Part shown: one piece after another, positions 19,376 through 29,466 of the stretch
Position numbering within the stretch: the stretch's first letter is position 1
Layout: every line of letters begins with the position of its first letter
From: a virus
IMG/VR virus record: IMGVR_UViG_3300035698_025127
Location: 1-64,000 of that record
DNA: 64,000 nt
Direction: 5' to 3' (one strand)
Notes under the pieces: model-generated
Databases searched by the model: none
Told to the model about the DNA's origin: nothing
What the model saw: the letters and a program-made list of their open reading frames with translations, nothing else
Position numbers and translations under genes: made by a program

Positions 19376-20337
19376 TGATAATTCCGCACAAACTACCAAA
19401 AAACGGGACAATTGGTATTATTACAACGTCTTCGTCTATTAATCATAGTTTTTTGTCTGGAGCGATTGAATATTACAAAGAACTTGGCTATACAATTGTA
19501 TTAAGTCCGTCAATAACGGATTTACAAGATACTATTTTATCGTCTTCAAGTGCCAAAGCCAGGGCAAACGAAATTAACAATATGTTTGCAAATAACGAGA
19601 TTGATGCAATTATATCTGCTCGTGGTGGTTATGGTGCACAAGAGATTTTGCCACACTTAGATTATAATTTAATAGCGAAAAATCCAAAACCATTTATAGG
19701 GTTTTCGGACGTTACAGCAGTTTTAAACGCTATTACTACTCGAACCGGATTGATAACATTTTTGGGCCCAACATTTGAATTTGACATGAAAGACCAGGCA
19801 GATTTAACAAGTGCCGAGTTTATGATTGAGATGATAAGCAAGCCAAGAAAATCTATCCGTTTAGCGTTAAGCGGCTCAAACGCTTTTGTGCGTAGACTTG
19901 GCAAGCCTGGGGACGCATATGGCACACTTTATGGCGGAAACTTGACGTTAATTTCGCGTTTAGTCGGAACTCCATATGCATTGCCAATGAAAAGCGATAT
20001 AATAATTGCGATTGAAGATATTAGTGAAGGTGTTATTTCTGTTGATTCCATGTTGCAGCATTTAGATATGTCTACATTAATTACAAAAAATACTCCATTG
20101 CTAATAGGTGAATTTACTAATATACAGTCGGAAACTGGTTCAAGCAGAACGCCAGAAGACGGAGACCCATCAATAAATGTAGCTTTAGTGGAGCGTTATG
20201 GCGCCCACAGTGCACCGATGCTTGTTGGATTACCGTTTAGCCATGGTAAATACAATTTAACGCTTCCTATAGGCGCCAAGATAAAAATATCTTACAATGA
20301 ATTTAGCGCTTTTACAACGGATTATGTTGTAAAATAA
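19375..20337 (+). CDS. LD-carboxypeptidase, peptidase S66 (LdcA/MccF family)
   Basis: SARGGYGA, NPKPFIGFSDVT (catalytic Ser), GGNL, IEDISE (Glu), FSHG (His), LPIG. Confidence 0.92.
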   Translation: MIIPHKLPKNGTIGIITTSSSINHSFLSGAIEYYKELGYTIVLSPSITDLQDTILSSSSAKARANEINNMFANNEIDAIISARGGYGAQEILPHLDYNLIAKNPKPFIGFSDVTAVLNAITTRTGLITFLGPTFEFDMKDQADLTSAEFMIEMISKPRKSIRLALSGSNAFVRRLGKPGDAYGTLYGGNLTLISRLVGTPYALPMKSDIIIAIEDISEGVISVDSMLQHLDMSTLITKNTPLLIGEFTNIQSETGSSRTPEDGDPSINVALVERYGAHSAPMLVGLPFSHGKYNLTLPIGAKIKISYNEFSAFTTDYVVK

Positions 20338-20879
20338 TGGCAAAAAAAACAAAGAGAAGAAAAACAAGGGCAAGACGGCCGAAAATATCATTCGGCGCGA
20401 CTATTCCGGAAAATAACAACAATAGTTCATATATTTCTGGTATGACAAAAGAACAAATTGAAAAGTTGTCAAAACGCAATGCCCAGAAGATTATAAATGG
20501 AACTGACAATCTAAAAAGTCGCGGCCATACTGGTAGTATTGTGCTCCCAAGGTTGCGTAAACGATTAAATTACCGCTCTGGGCTTGAAAGAAGAAGTTAT
20601 TTAGCTTTAGATGCTATTCCGGAAGTGGTTAATATTGAAACTGAACCGTTCATGATAGAATATGACTATCATGGATACCGCTTAAACTATGTGCCGGATA
20701 TTATTATAAAAATGCACAATGGAAATATTTGGTTATTTGAGGTAAAACCGCAAAGTCAGGTAAATGAACCTAAAAACCAAGCAAAATTTGCTGCTGCTAA
20801 TATATTCTGTGAAAAACGCAATATGCAGTTTGGTTTAATAACTAATCCCGCACATGTAAAAAGGATGATATCAGAATAA
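20337..20879 (+). CDS. Head-completion nuclease (T4 gp4-like, TnsA N-terminal PD-(D/E)xK fold)
   Basis: YRSGLE...EPF.IEY...YVPD...EVKP...KFAAA..FC; adjacent to terminase. Confidence 0.8.
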   Translation: MAKKTKRRKTRARRPKISFGATIPENNNNSSYISGMTKEQIEKLSKRNAQKIINGTDNLKSRGHTGSIVLPRLRKRLNYRSGLERRSYLALDAIPEVVNIETEPFMIEYDYHGYRLNYVPDIIIKMHNGNIWLFEVKPQSQVNEPKNQAKFAAANIFCEKRNMQFGLITNPAHVKRMISE

Positions 20880-22516
20880 TGATGGATTTAGATGTTAAAA
20901 AAACAAAGGGGCTAACTGCTAAGGAAAAAGTAATTGAATTTCAGAGATGTCGGGATGAACCGGCTTACTTTGTCGAGAATTATGTTTCTATTGAACACCC
21001 AGCCTTGGGTGTTATACCGTTCAAACTATATGGTTTCCAGCGAGAACTAATAGATGTAATTATGGGAAATCAAAAAGTTATTATTAATAAGTCACGACAG
21101 ACTGGTATTTCTACATTGTCATCTGCTTTAGGCTTATGGACAGTGTTATTTCATTCACACAAAAATGTAGCTATTGTTTCGCGTACAGATAAAGAGGCAG
21201 TTGTTTTCTTGGAAAAAGTAAAACTTGCTTATGATGAATTACCTATATGGATGAAAATTCCGTTTATTAAGAAAAATGACCACGAGTTATTATTAGAAAC
21301 TGGTAGTCGAATAGTTGCTGTGGCAGCATCTAAGGATGCAGGTCGTGGTAGATCATTAGCTATGCTTATACTTGATGAAGCCGCATTCCAGACATGGGCT
21401 TGGGATATCTGGAAAGCCGCAGCGCCTACATTATCACGTGGTAATGGAAAATGCGTTGCTATTTCTACTCCTAATGGTGCAGGAAACTGGTTTTATGAAA
21501 CGGCTATGAATTCACAAAAAACTGGCGAGAAATGGAACGGATTTAAATACTTTTTTTGTAACTGGAGAGATGTTCCGGAATATGACGATGAATGGTATCG
21601 CAATATGCGACCTACATTTTCTGATGAAGATTGGGCACAGGAATATGAAGGCGATTTCTTGGGTTCCGGACGCAAAGTTATTGATGCAGAATCAATGAGG
21701 CGTATCCAAACCATGACAACGGCACCTTATATAAAACTCAATACTGATTTTGAACTTGATGCAAAGGGGAATTTGTGGATATGGAAACGACCTAAACAAA
21801 ATCATTATTATGTTGTTACGGCTGATATAGCCACTGGCAATGGCGAAGATTTTACTGCAATTACCGTATGGGACATGGTTGCAAAAGAACAAGTAGCAGA
21901 ATTTTATGGCGATATAAATATTCACAAGAGTTCGCGCCTAATACATGATATCGGTATGGAGTACAATGAAGCATATGTTATTGTAGAAAATAATACATAT
22001 GGACATATTGTTGTATTAGATTTATTAGATAGATTAGATTATGAGAACTTATATTTTGAACGTGACATTTTAACGTCAAAGGTAAATTACAAAAAGCCAG
22101 GATTTAAGACTAGCGCGCGTACACGCTCGCGTGTTGTAAATGGCGTAAAAGAAGCGTTTAGAAGCTGGAATATATATAGTGAGCGTTTGTTTAAAGAAGG
22201 AACTTCATTTATATGGAATAACAATAAGGCAGAGGCGGATAAGCGTTGTCACGACGATTTAATTTTTGCTACTGGCTTATGTATAGGTAATATTGACTTT
22301 ATTATTTTGGATATTCCAGGACTCATGGATCTTGCTAATAAATTATTACCAGAGTTTCTTAAAACAGAAGTTAATACTATGGAAGGCATAGATGATATGT
22401 CTGACAATGTTGAAATACAACATATTGATGGTCCTGTTGACCCATCATTATTTATTAGATATGATGACGGGAGCAGCGATATTGAAAATGCATTTAACGA
22501 ATTATTCGGAGGATAA
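20879..22516 (+). CDS. Terminase large subunit (gp17-like)
   Basis: KSRQTGIST Walker A, LILDEAAF Walker B, ISTPNG, QEY, ADIATG nuclease, HDDL. Confidence 0.96.
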   Translation: MMDLDVKKTKGLTAKEKVIEFQRCRDEPAYFVENYVSIEHPALGVIPFKLYGFQRELIDVIMGNQKVIINKSRQTGISTLSSALGLWTVLFHSHKNVAIVSRTDKEAVVFLEKVKLAYDELPIWMKIPFIKKNDHELLLETGSRIVAVAASKDAGRGRSLAMLILDEAAFQTWAWDIWKAAAPTLSRGNGKCVAISTPNGAGNWFYETAMNSQKTGEKWNGFKYFFCNWRDVPEYDDEWYRNMRPTFSDEDWAQEYEGDFLGSGRKVIDAESMRRIQTMTTAPYIKLNTDFELDAKGNLWIWKRPKQNHYYVVTADIATGNGEDFTAITVWDMVAKEQVAEFYGDINIHKSSRLIHDIGMEYNEAYVIVENNTYGHIVVLDLLDRLDYENLYFERDILTSKVNYKKPGFKTSARTRSRVVNGVKEAFRSWNIYSERLFKEGTSFIWNNNKAEADKRCHDDLIFATGLCIGNIDFIILDIPGLMDLANKLLPEFLKTEVNTMEGIDDMSDNVEIQHIDGPVDPSLFIRYDDGSSDIENAFNELFGG

Positions 22517-22518
22517 CA

Positions 22519-23292
22519 ATGCCTAATAACTTTAAAAATTTACCATATATTGATTACCTGAAAAGAGCAAAGAAAATTGAAGACATGGATTCAATGAAAG
22601 ATATTTTTGAAGCTCTTGGACCTAAAGAGTCTATTAAAACGATGAATAACTCTGGTGAAATTGATATTGAAATACCCACTGTGCCTTTAAGCGTACTTAT
22701 GGGAAAATCCAAGAAAAGAAAAAACGTATGGGTATCAAAAAAAGATATCAAAAAAACGTCAGAAATGGATGATGCAACATTTGACAAATACTGGAATAAA
22801 GCAAAGCAGCATAATTCTCGGCATCGTCATTATGAGTTTGGTAGAAATATCAATGGTGATGAAATTGTAACTATGGGTAAGCGTAAAACCTCTGTTAAGG
22901 AGATGCTTGATAACAAGTTATTAGATGAACCCATTGATATGGTTCAGGTGGGTGTTTATGAAAGACTTGGAACTTCCAATGTCGATTTAGTATCTGGACT
23001 TGGAAAAAACAATAGAGGTTATCTTTTCGAGGACGAAACTGATACTAGTTCTATGCTTAATGGTGTTGTTGTGGATGCAAAGTGGGTAGATGGCTCGCTT
23101 AACATTAACATAAATGTTAATGGAGAAACAATGTTCTTTTCTCTTACAAAAGATCAGTCTTCAATGTTGGTGCTTAGTGTTGACGATTTGGAAAATAATG
23201 CTAATATGTTAGTACAGAAAACACTATATTTTATGCCTGATTATAGTGACGGTGTAAATAATATTGGGATGAAACAGGTAGTCGTTAAATAA
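22519..23292 (+). CDS. Hypothetical protein
   Basis: 257-aa ORF, GGAGG RBS. Confidence 0.65.
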   Translation: MPNNFKNLPYIDYLKRAKKIEDMDSMKDIFEALGPKESIKTMNNSGEIDIEIPTVPLSVLMGKSKKRKNVWVSKKDIKKTSEMDDATFDKYWNKAKQHNSRHRHYEFGRNINGDEIVTMGKRKTSVKEMLDNKLLDEPIDMVQVGVYERLGTSNVDLVSGLGKNNRGYLFEDETDTSSMLNGVVVDAKWVDGSLNININVNGETMFFSLTKDQSSMLVLSVDDLENNANMLVQKTLYFMPDYSDGVNNIGMKQVVVK

Positions 23293-23295
23293 AAA

Positions 23296-24774
23296 ATGGA
23301 TATTATAGATAATATTTTTCTAGGGTCAAAGCCAAAATTATATTGGCAAAACGATGCGGCGTTACAAAACGGTAATTCTGACGGTTTGCTTAATTATACT
23401 CCGTTTCTGGAAATTAATTTTGGTGCTGGGCTTCCATTTTACAATATAATAAATGACCATTTGTTAAGTTTTTCTTTAGACAATAACATAGGGACGTTAA
23501 TCTTTTATGATTCTACAAACTTTATTTTTGAACGACTGTTAAAATATGCTTTTGCTAAGAATAAGGGCAAAGGGTTGTTAATGAGATGGGGTTGGACAAA
23601 TGGTGCCGAAAAGATTACACAGCCTGAAGACAAGTGGACAACACTTATTGTTACAAAAATTGCAAGTACACCAGATACAAATGGTACTCGGTGGACTTTG
23701 GTATTAAGTAATTTTTTGTCATATGCACAAGACCTTATTAAGATATCCAGGTCCATAACTATTTCTAATCTGGCCAATTTAGACGATTTAGAACGTGAAG
23801 TAAATATTATTGTTGCAGGTTCCCCTAAAATTGTATTTACTAAAGGTTTAGCTCTAAAGGACGCCCCTAATTGGGCGCAAGCTGGTGTGTATACTACTAC
23901 TGGTGACGTATCGTTAGGCGAATTTATTAGAGATGTGGTTCAAAAACGTTGGGTTTCGGAATCAACAGGAAAGCCACCTGAAATTTCAATTTCAAATGCC
24001 GTATTTGAAGGCCAAAGTGCCGAACCACAAATAAATGTATTGCTTTACGACATAAAAGATTTATTAGATTCAAGATCGGCTAAAAATAGTAGTGTATCAG
24101 CGACAGATTTAGATAATTTTAGCAATTGTGATTTTGTTTTGAGATATCCAACAAATGAAAATGGCATTTTGGGCCTTTCGTTTGGACAAGATTTAAGTTG
24201 GTCGGATCTTGCTTTGGCACGAAACTTATATGTAGATAATTCTGGCAATGTTATTGTTACAACATCCGAATCGGAAATACCAGCTAATGCAATTGTACAA
24301 ACAAGAAATCGCATAGGCGAAAATGCTGTTACTGCAACTGCTGGTGCAGATATAGGCCGAAGCCAGGAAATTGGCGACAATGAAGCAACCCCTGAAGGTA
24401 TTGCAAGAGTAATGGAAAAAGTGCGTTATCAATCAATGCGCATTGTTTTGACGTTAAGAGGAGAACCAGAGCTATTTGATTGTGCTTTATTAAAGGGACA
24501 CAGAATAGGACTTATTATAAACATTGCACCATTTGTGGATAGTAACTTATTGTCATATGGTGATGATGATGCTTCATTTGGGCGTGCATTCCCGATGTTC
24601 TCTGGGCCTAACAAAGAAACATTTAATATATTAAAAGAAGTTTTTCAACACAATGATGAAAATTTTTACAGCCAATTTACTGGAATTTGGCTTGTACAGA
24701 ATTTAAGACAAAATATTTCTGCCGGTTCTTATGTAACTGAATTGGATTTAGTAAAATCCGGCTATGAAGGATAG
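23296..24774 (+). CDS. Baseplate hub-like protein (gp27/late-control-D fold)
   Basis: RWGW motif, LTLRGEP, C-terminal FTGIWLVQNLRQNISAGSYVTELDLVK. Confidence 0.55.
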   Translation: MDIIDNIFLGSKPKLYWQNDAALQNGNSDGLLNYTPFLEINFGAGLPFYNIINDHLLSFSLDNNIGTLIFYDSTNFIFERLLKYAFAKNKGKGLLMRWGWTNGAEKITQPEDKWTTLIVTKIASTPDTNGTRWTLVLSNFLSYAQDLIKISRSITISNLANLDDLEREVNIIVAGSPKIVFTKGLALKDAPNWAQAGVYTTTGDVSLGEFIRDVVQKRWVSESTGKPPEISISNAVFEGQSAEPQINVLLYDIKDLLDSRSAKNSSVSATDLDNFSNCDFVLRYPTNENGILGLSFGQDLSWSDLALARNLYVDNSGNVIVTTSESEIPANAIVQTRNRIGENAVTATAGADIGRSQEIGDNEATPEGIARVMEKVRYQSMRIVLTLRGEPELFDCALLKGHRIGLIINIAPFVDSNLLSYGDDDASFGRAFPMFSGPNKETFNILKEVFQHNDENFYSQFTGIWLVQNLRQNISAGSYVTELDLVKSGYEG

Positions 24775-24783
24775 GAAACATTT

Positions 24784-26778
24784 ATGGATCAAATTTTAAA
24801 CTCGACATTATTCCAAGATATCCAAAAGCAAATTGATGATCTTGGTTATATTACCGTTCGTGACGTTACCGGTGCAACAAGCAATGATATGTTAACAGCG
24901 CCTATACCGGTGCGAGATGAATCTGAATGGTATGAAAATGTTATGTCGGTTTCACAGGGCCGTATTCAAAGATACGGTGACTTCGAAGATATGGACAATC
25001 ATCCGCTTATGGCTAGCATTTTGGATATTTATTCTCAGGAGTCAACCCGAAAAGATGCATGGAATAATGTAGTTAAGATTAATACAAATAATTCTAACAT
25101 TAAATTAGAGTTAGAAGAATTACTTTTTAAGCGCCTAAATATTAATTTTAGAAGCAAAAGTATTATTCGTGATATGTGTAAGTACGGAGATAAATTTCAA
25201 TTCCTTGTACTTCAAAAGGATCGCAAAGGTATATTATATCTTAAAGATATGCCTGCGTGGACTGTTTTTAGATTAGAGCATCATGATAAGTTGGTAGGAT
25301 TCGTCCAGTATCAGCCCACTGGCGTGTCGCCGGTGTTAGACCCGTTTTCTGTTATACATTGGCGCCTGGGGCTAACTAGGGAGCGTTATAAGCCATATGG
25401 CACAAGTTTGCTTGAGCCAACTAGACGCCACTATCGTCAATTGAAACTTATGGAAGACGCAATGACGGTTTATCGTGTTACAAGAGCGCCAGAGCGTAGA
25501 ATGTTCTTCATTTCTGTTGGACGTCTTGCCCCACAAAAAGCCGAAGAATATATCCAAAAGATTGTCCAAAAGTGGCGTAAAGCTCCTATGACAAACAAAC
25601 AAACAAATAGTATTGATTGGAAGTCTCACAGCATGGCCCCCGACGAGGATTTTTATATTCCGGTTCGTGATGGCCAGGATGGAACTCGAATTGAACAGCT
25701 GCCCGGTGGGCAAAATCTTAGCGAAATTGATGATGTTAAGTGGTTTAAGGACCAGATTTTATCATACGTCAAAATCCCTCGTATCTATCTTAATGATCCA
25801 GAAGGTGGTGCAGCAGAACGTAGAGAAAATCTTGCACAACAGGATGTTAGGTTTGCCGCTGCTATTGACGATGTCCAGGAATATTTCTTGGAAAGTCTAA
25901 CAAAAATATGCGTTATTCATTTGTTACTTCGTGGATACAAGAAATCTGATGCATTAGATTTTTCACTGCAAGCAACACAATCTTCTTATGCAGCAGAGCA
26001 GCTCAGGATGGAAGTGGAAAACTCAAGATTCGCATTAGTGGGCACGATGGTGTCAGCAGGATTGCCTAAGTCGTATGCTATGTTTAGAGTATTACAGCTT
26101 CCAAAAAATGAAATAACTAAGTTAACTAAAATGCGTAGGGCTGAAGATTTATTTATGGCACGGCGAGAAGCCGAAGTAGAAGCTTTTAGGTCTACTATGG
26201 GCGATGCACTGAGTGATTCCATGAAACAATATATTGAAAAGAATGGTGTATTTGACCCTAAGTTGTCATTTTTGAAAAATTTACCAAAACCTGACTTTTC
26301 GGATTTTGAATCGCCTGATACTGGTGATGTGTTTCAGGATAGAGCGGTAAGTATAGAACGTGATAGGTTTGAAAAGAAAAAGGAAAAGAAATGGCAAGAT
26401 TTTGAAAGACCAAAAGAACCGTATAGAAGTGATGGCCGAAATGACGATAAATCACATTTCCAGAACCCAAAACAGCAGTTTAAGAAGGTTGCCGGCGAGG
26501 ATAATGCTATGGAAGATATAATTTCTTTGTTATCAGAAGATAATATTAGTGGTGGAGCAAGTTATTCCGCTAACATAGAGTTATTTGCTAATGGCGATAC
26601 AACACCACTAAGTATTGATAATTATAAATTAATGGCTGACACAGCCAATGATAAATATGAAGGTTATCTTGACGGAGTTGATGAAAATTATGACAATTTC
26701 CGAATTTCACAAGATAATAAACTAAAAGAATTGATTATAGAACTTGACATTGAGGAGACTTCTAATGAGAAAATATAG
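24784..26778 (+). CDS. Portal protein (gp20-like) with acidic C-terminal extension
   Basis: LKLMEDAMTVYRVTRAPERRMF, DEDFYIPVR, IEQLPGGQNL, QDVRFA. Confidence 0.96.
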   Translation: MDQILNSTLFQDIQKQIDDLGYITVRDVTGATSNDMLTAPIPVRDESEWYENVMSVSQGRIQRYGDFEDMDNHPLMASILDIYSQESTRKDAWNNVVKINTNNSNIKLELEELLFKRLNINFRSKSIIRDMCKYGDKFQFLVLQKDRKGILYLKDMPAWTVFRLEHHDKLVGFVQYQPTGVSPVLDPFSVIHWRLGLTRERYKPYGTSLLEPTRRHYRQLKLMEDAMTVYRVTRAPERRMFFISVGRLAPQKAEEYIQKIVQKWRKAPMTNKQTNSIDWKSHSMAPDEDFYIPVRDGQDGTRIEQLPGGQNLSEIDDVKWFKDQILSYVKIPRIYLNDPEGGAAERRENLAQQDVRFAAAIDDVQEYFLESLTKICVIHLLLRGYKKSDALDFSLQATQSSYAAEQLRMEVENSRFALVGTMVSAGLPKSYAMFRVLQLPKNEITKLTKMRRAEDLFMARREAEVEAFRSTMGDALSDSMKQYIEKNGVFDPKLSFLKNLPKPDFSDFESPDTGDVFQDRAVSIERDRFEKKKEKKWQDFERPKEPYRSDGRNDDKSHFQNPKQQFKKVAGEDNAMEDIISLLSEDNISGGASYSANIELFANGDTTPLSIDNYKLMADTANDKYEGYLDGVDENYDNFRISQDNKLKELIIELDIEETSNEKI

Positions 26779-28711
26779 TTTAGATGCATTTAAGACCGTT
26801 TTGGAACAGTCTATGGAATCACGTTTGAATAAATTGGATTCCGCATTAAGGTCTGCAAATCCATCATGGAAGAAGATTGCGACAACTAATAATCATTTAT
26901 TTGTTGTTGATGAAGATACTAATGAATATCTTATTATGCCATATACAATTGAAGACGGAATTTTGACTGTCGATAAATGTGAAAATGTCGGAGTGGAAAC
27001 AAGCGAAGAAATTTTGGATAGTAAACGTAGCGAAGCGGTAAAATTATTTGTTGAAAGTGTTTTTGACGGGGAAGAAAATAGTAGCAAACTATTTGAAGAT
27101 ATTCTCGAAACTGTAAGATATGAATGTCGCGCAAAGACACAGCCGCAATTTTTTGGCATTAGTATTCGTGATATTGTTGGCGAAGCTCTTGAAAAGGCGC
27201 CGAAACCGATAGTTGAATATGTAAAAATGCTTGGTTCGGTGCCCTCTAATTCAATGACAATGGGATTTTCTACTAATCTCAATGATCCACAAGTTTCTTT
27301 AAGTAACTTTATAGATAATCTGCCGCAACTTACTAAAATTGCTGTAGCAAGACAATCTGTACGCAAAATTTCTGATTCCGAATCACAAATGAAAGATTTT
27401 GTGCAAACTTATTTAGATAGTTATGACGATGGCGATCTTGACAAAGTAGTTAATAGTTATTCTGCCGAATGGGTTTGTTCTACATATGACGAGAAGAAAA
27501 CAATGTTGGGTGAATGTGGCTTGGAATCTAATTTTGAAAACATTATTAATAACATTGATAGCGTTTGCGAATCTAAATACAAAGGTCATATTGATAATGT
27601 GAAAAATGTTGTTGAAAATACATTTGATCGCGAATTTGAATTAGCATTAGAGTATGTTGATAATACTGTAAATCTGGAAGCATTATATGGAATGGATATT
27701 TCTGATATTCGCAATACTATGCAAGAAATTTTAGATAATTCAGAAGATCGCCATATGATGTCACAATCAATGGTAGAACAGTTCAAATCAACTATTAATG
27801 GGCTAACAGCACTTATTGAGAGAAAAGTTCATGACCCTGTTTTAATGGTTAAAGCTATTCATTTAATGAGTCAATTTTCCCCTTTAACGTTTAGGCCGGG
27901 AACTAATCTGAATAACGAGGTTCCTGGTGGCTTACTTGACAATAAAACTCCGGAATCTGGAAATGTTATTGCTGAAGCAAATAACCCTGCCAAATGGCTA
28001 AGTGATGTAGAAAAAAGAGTTAAAGGGTTCAAAACGTATGCCAATACTACTGGCGAATTTTCCGGTACTATTGGAAATTATGTCGTAAAAGTAAATACTG
28101 CTGGTATGCCTGCCGTAACCGTTACTCGTGGAAATGCAAAAGCTAATCTTACATATAACCCCGATACTGGAAAGTTTAGAGTCAGTGTAATGGGTGATAA
28201 AGTAACCGGTCAAAAAGCAAAAGAAGTTCTTTCCGCGTTTTATCCTAAATGGGTACAAGAAGAAAAAAGTAACAACGTAAACGAGGGCGAGGGTTCTTTT
28301 GTAACAACAAAAACACCATCAATGACTCCTGAAGTAAAAAAACTCACTGAAAGTGTAATTGGGAAACTAATATCTGTACATAAAATTTCAGATAGAATGT
28401 TATTAGATGCTTTGTTGCCATTAAAAACACAACATAATCTTAAAGGCGAGAGCTTTAAATTAGTAAGAGATTATATTGTAAAAAAAATTGCAATAAAAAA
28501 TAAGACCTTTAGGGAATCACTGTCGAAAACATATCTGGAAAAATTGGGATATAGAGATGTTAAAACGTATGCTGATCCAAGTGGACGCAAAGTAACTATC
28601 CCGGAAACGAAAAAGAAAACATTAGCCGATGATGACCCTAATGCTGATAAAAAAATCGACCCAGATCGTGATGATGATAAAGATGACAATCCGGATGATA
28701 CAGTGGAATAA
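26765..28711 (+). CDS. Putative prohead core/internal protein
   Basis: GAGGAG RBS favours ATG 26765; lies between portal and protease. Confidence 0.55.
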   Translation: MRKYSLDAFKTVLEQSMESRLNKLDSALRSANPSWKKIATTNNHLFVVDEDTNEYLIMPYTIEDGILTVDKCENVGVETSEEILDSKRSEAVKLFVESVFDGEENSSKLFEDILETVRYECRAKTQPQFFGISIRDIVGEALEKAPKPIVEYVKMLGSVPSNSMTMGFSTNLNDPQVSLSNFIDNLPQLTKIAVARQSVRKISDSESQMKDFVQTYLDSYDDGDLDKVVNSYSAEWVCSTYDEKKTMLGECGLESNFENIINNIDSVCESKYKGHIDNVKNVVENTFDREFELALEYVDNTVNLEALYGMDISDIRNTMQEILDNSEDRHMMSQSMVEQFKSTINGLTALIERKVHDPVLMVKAIHLMSQFSPLTFRPGTNLNNEVPGGLLDNKTPESGNVIAEANNPAKWLSDVEKRVKGFKTYANTTGEFSGTIGNYVVKVNTAGMPAVTVTRGNAKANLTYNPDTGKFRVSVMGDKVTGQKAKEVLSAFYPKWVQEEKSNNVNEGEGSFVTTKTPSMTPEVKKLTESVIGKLISVHKISDRMLLDALLPLKTQHNLKGESFKLVRDYIVKKIAIKNKTFRESLSKTYLEKLGYRDVKTYADPSGRKVTIPETKKKTLADDDPNADKKIDPDRDDDKDDNPDDTVE

Positions 28712-28722
28712 GAGGCAAAATC

Positions 28723-29466
28723 ATGAGTAATATGGACACAAAAGAATTGAAAAAACTATTAGAAGGTTTTATGAAGCAATTGGATGAATCTAATGCTGAT
28801 ACTTTGCCGGTATTAACCGAGGGGCGTCAACTTTTAATTGAAGACGTAGAAGACCCTTGTTGGCTGCCGACTGAAAAAAGTCTTAATGAGGCAAGTAGCA
28901 TTTTGTTAGAAGACCCTAAAGCTCCTATGAAACTAAGAGGATTATTTCAAGAGGCTGGCAAGCGTAACCAGAATGGCCGCGTATACCCCCTGAATGTGCT
29001 TGTACGCGAAGTAGAGCGCTTACAGCCTATTATCGAACAGAAACGTCTTACGGGCGAAATGGACCATCCTGAGACTTCTAAAATTCGTATGAAGGAAGCC
29101 GCATTTTATATTACAGGACTGTGGGTGGAAGGTGATAAAGTATATGGCGAAATTGAACCAACAACCGGCCATCTAGGTATGGAGATGCGTGCGCGTATTA
29201 GAGATAAATCTTTATTTGGTATTTCAAGTCGTGGTGTTGGTAGCCTCCAAAGAGAAGGCAACGACATTATTGTACAAGAAGATTATCATATGTTGACCTT
29301 TGATGCTGTAACTGATCCGTCAGTGTATAAGGCATTTTTATATAATGAAACGTCAAATGATGTGACTACCGAAGATAATAATAGAGCAGAGAATATTACT
29401 AATAATTTTTTTGAATTAATGGACAAATACTTCTCACAGAAAAAGTTGGAGTTAAATAATGACTAA
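28723..29466 (+). CDS. Prohead protease (gp21-like)
   Basis: GLFQEA..RNQNGRVYP, GEMDHP, GISSRGVGS, FDAVTDPS. Confidence 0.95.
   Translation: MSNMDTKELKKLLEGFMKQLDESNADTLPVLTEGRQLLIEDVEDPCWLPTEKSLNEASSILLEDPKAPMKLRGLFQEAGKRNQNGRVYPLNVLVREVERLQPIIEQKRLTGEMDHPETSKIRMKEAAFYITGLWVEGDKVYGEIEPTTGHLGMEMRARIRDKSLFGISSRGVGSLQREGNDIIVQEDYHMLTFDAVTDPSVYKAFLYNETSNDVTTEDNNRAENITNNFFELMDKYFSQKKLELNND
29370..29378 (+). promoter_or_regulatory. Candidate internal late promoter CGAAGATAA upstream of scaffold/capsid
   Basis: Same motif ~90 nt before scaffold start, inside the non-conserved tail of the protease gene. Confidence 0.35.

Noticed and set aside
20337-20879. TnsA-like endonuclease as sign of a Tn7 transposon
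   Set aside because: No tnsB/C or terminal repeats; position beside terminase fits the gp4-like head-completion nuclease
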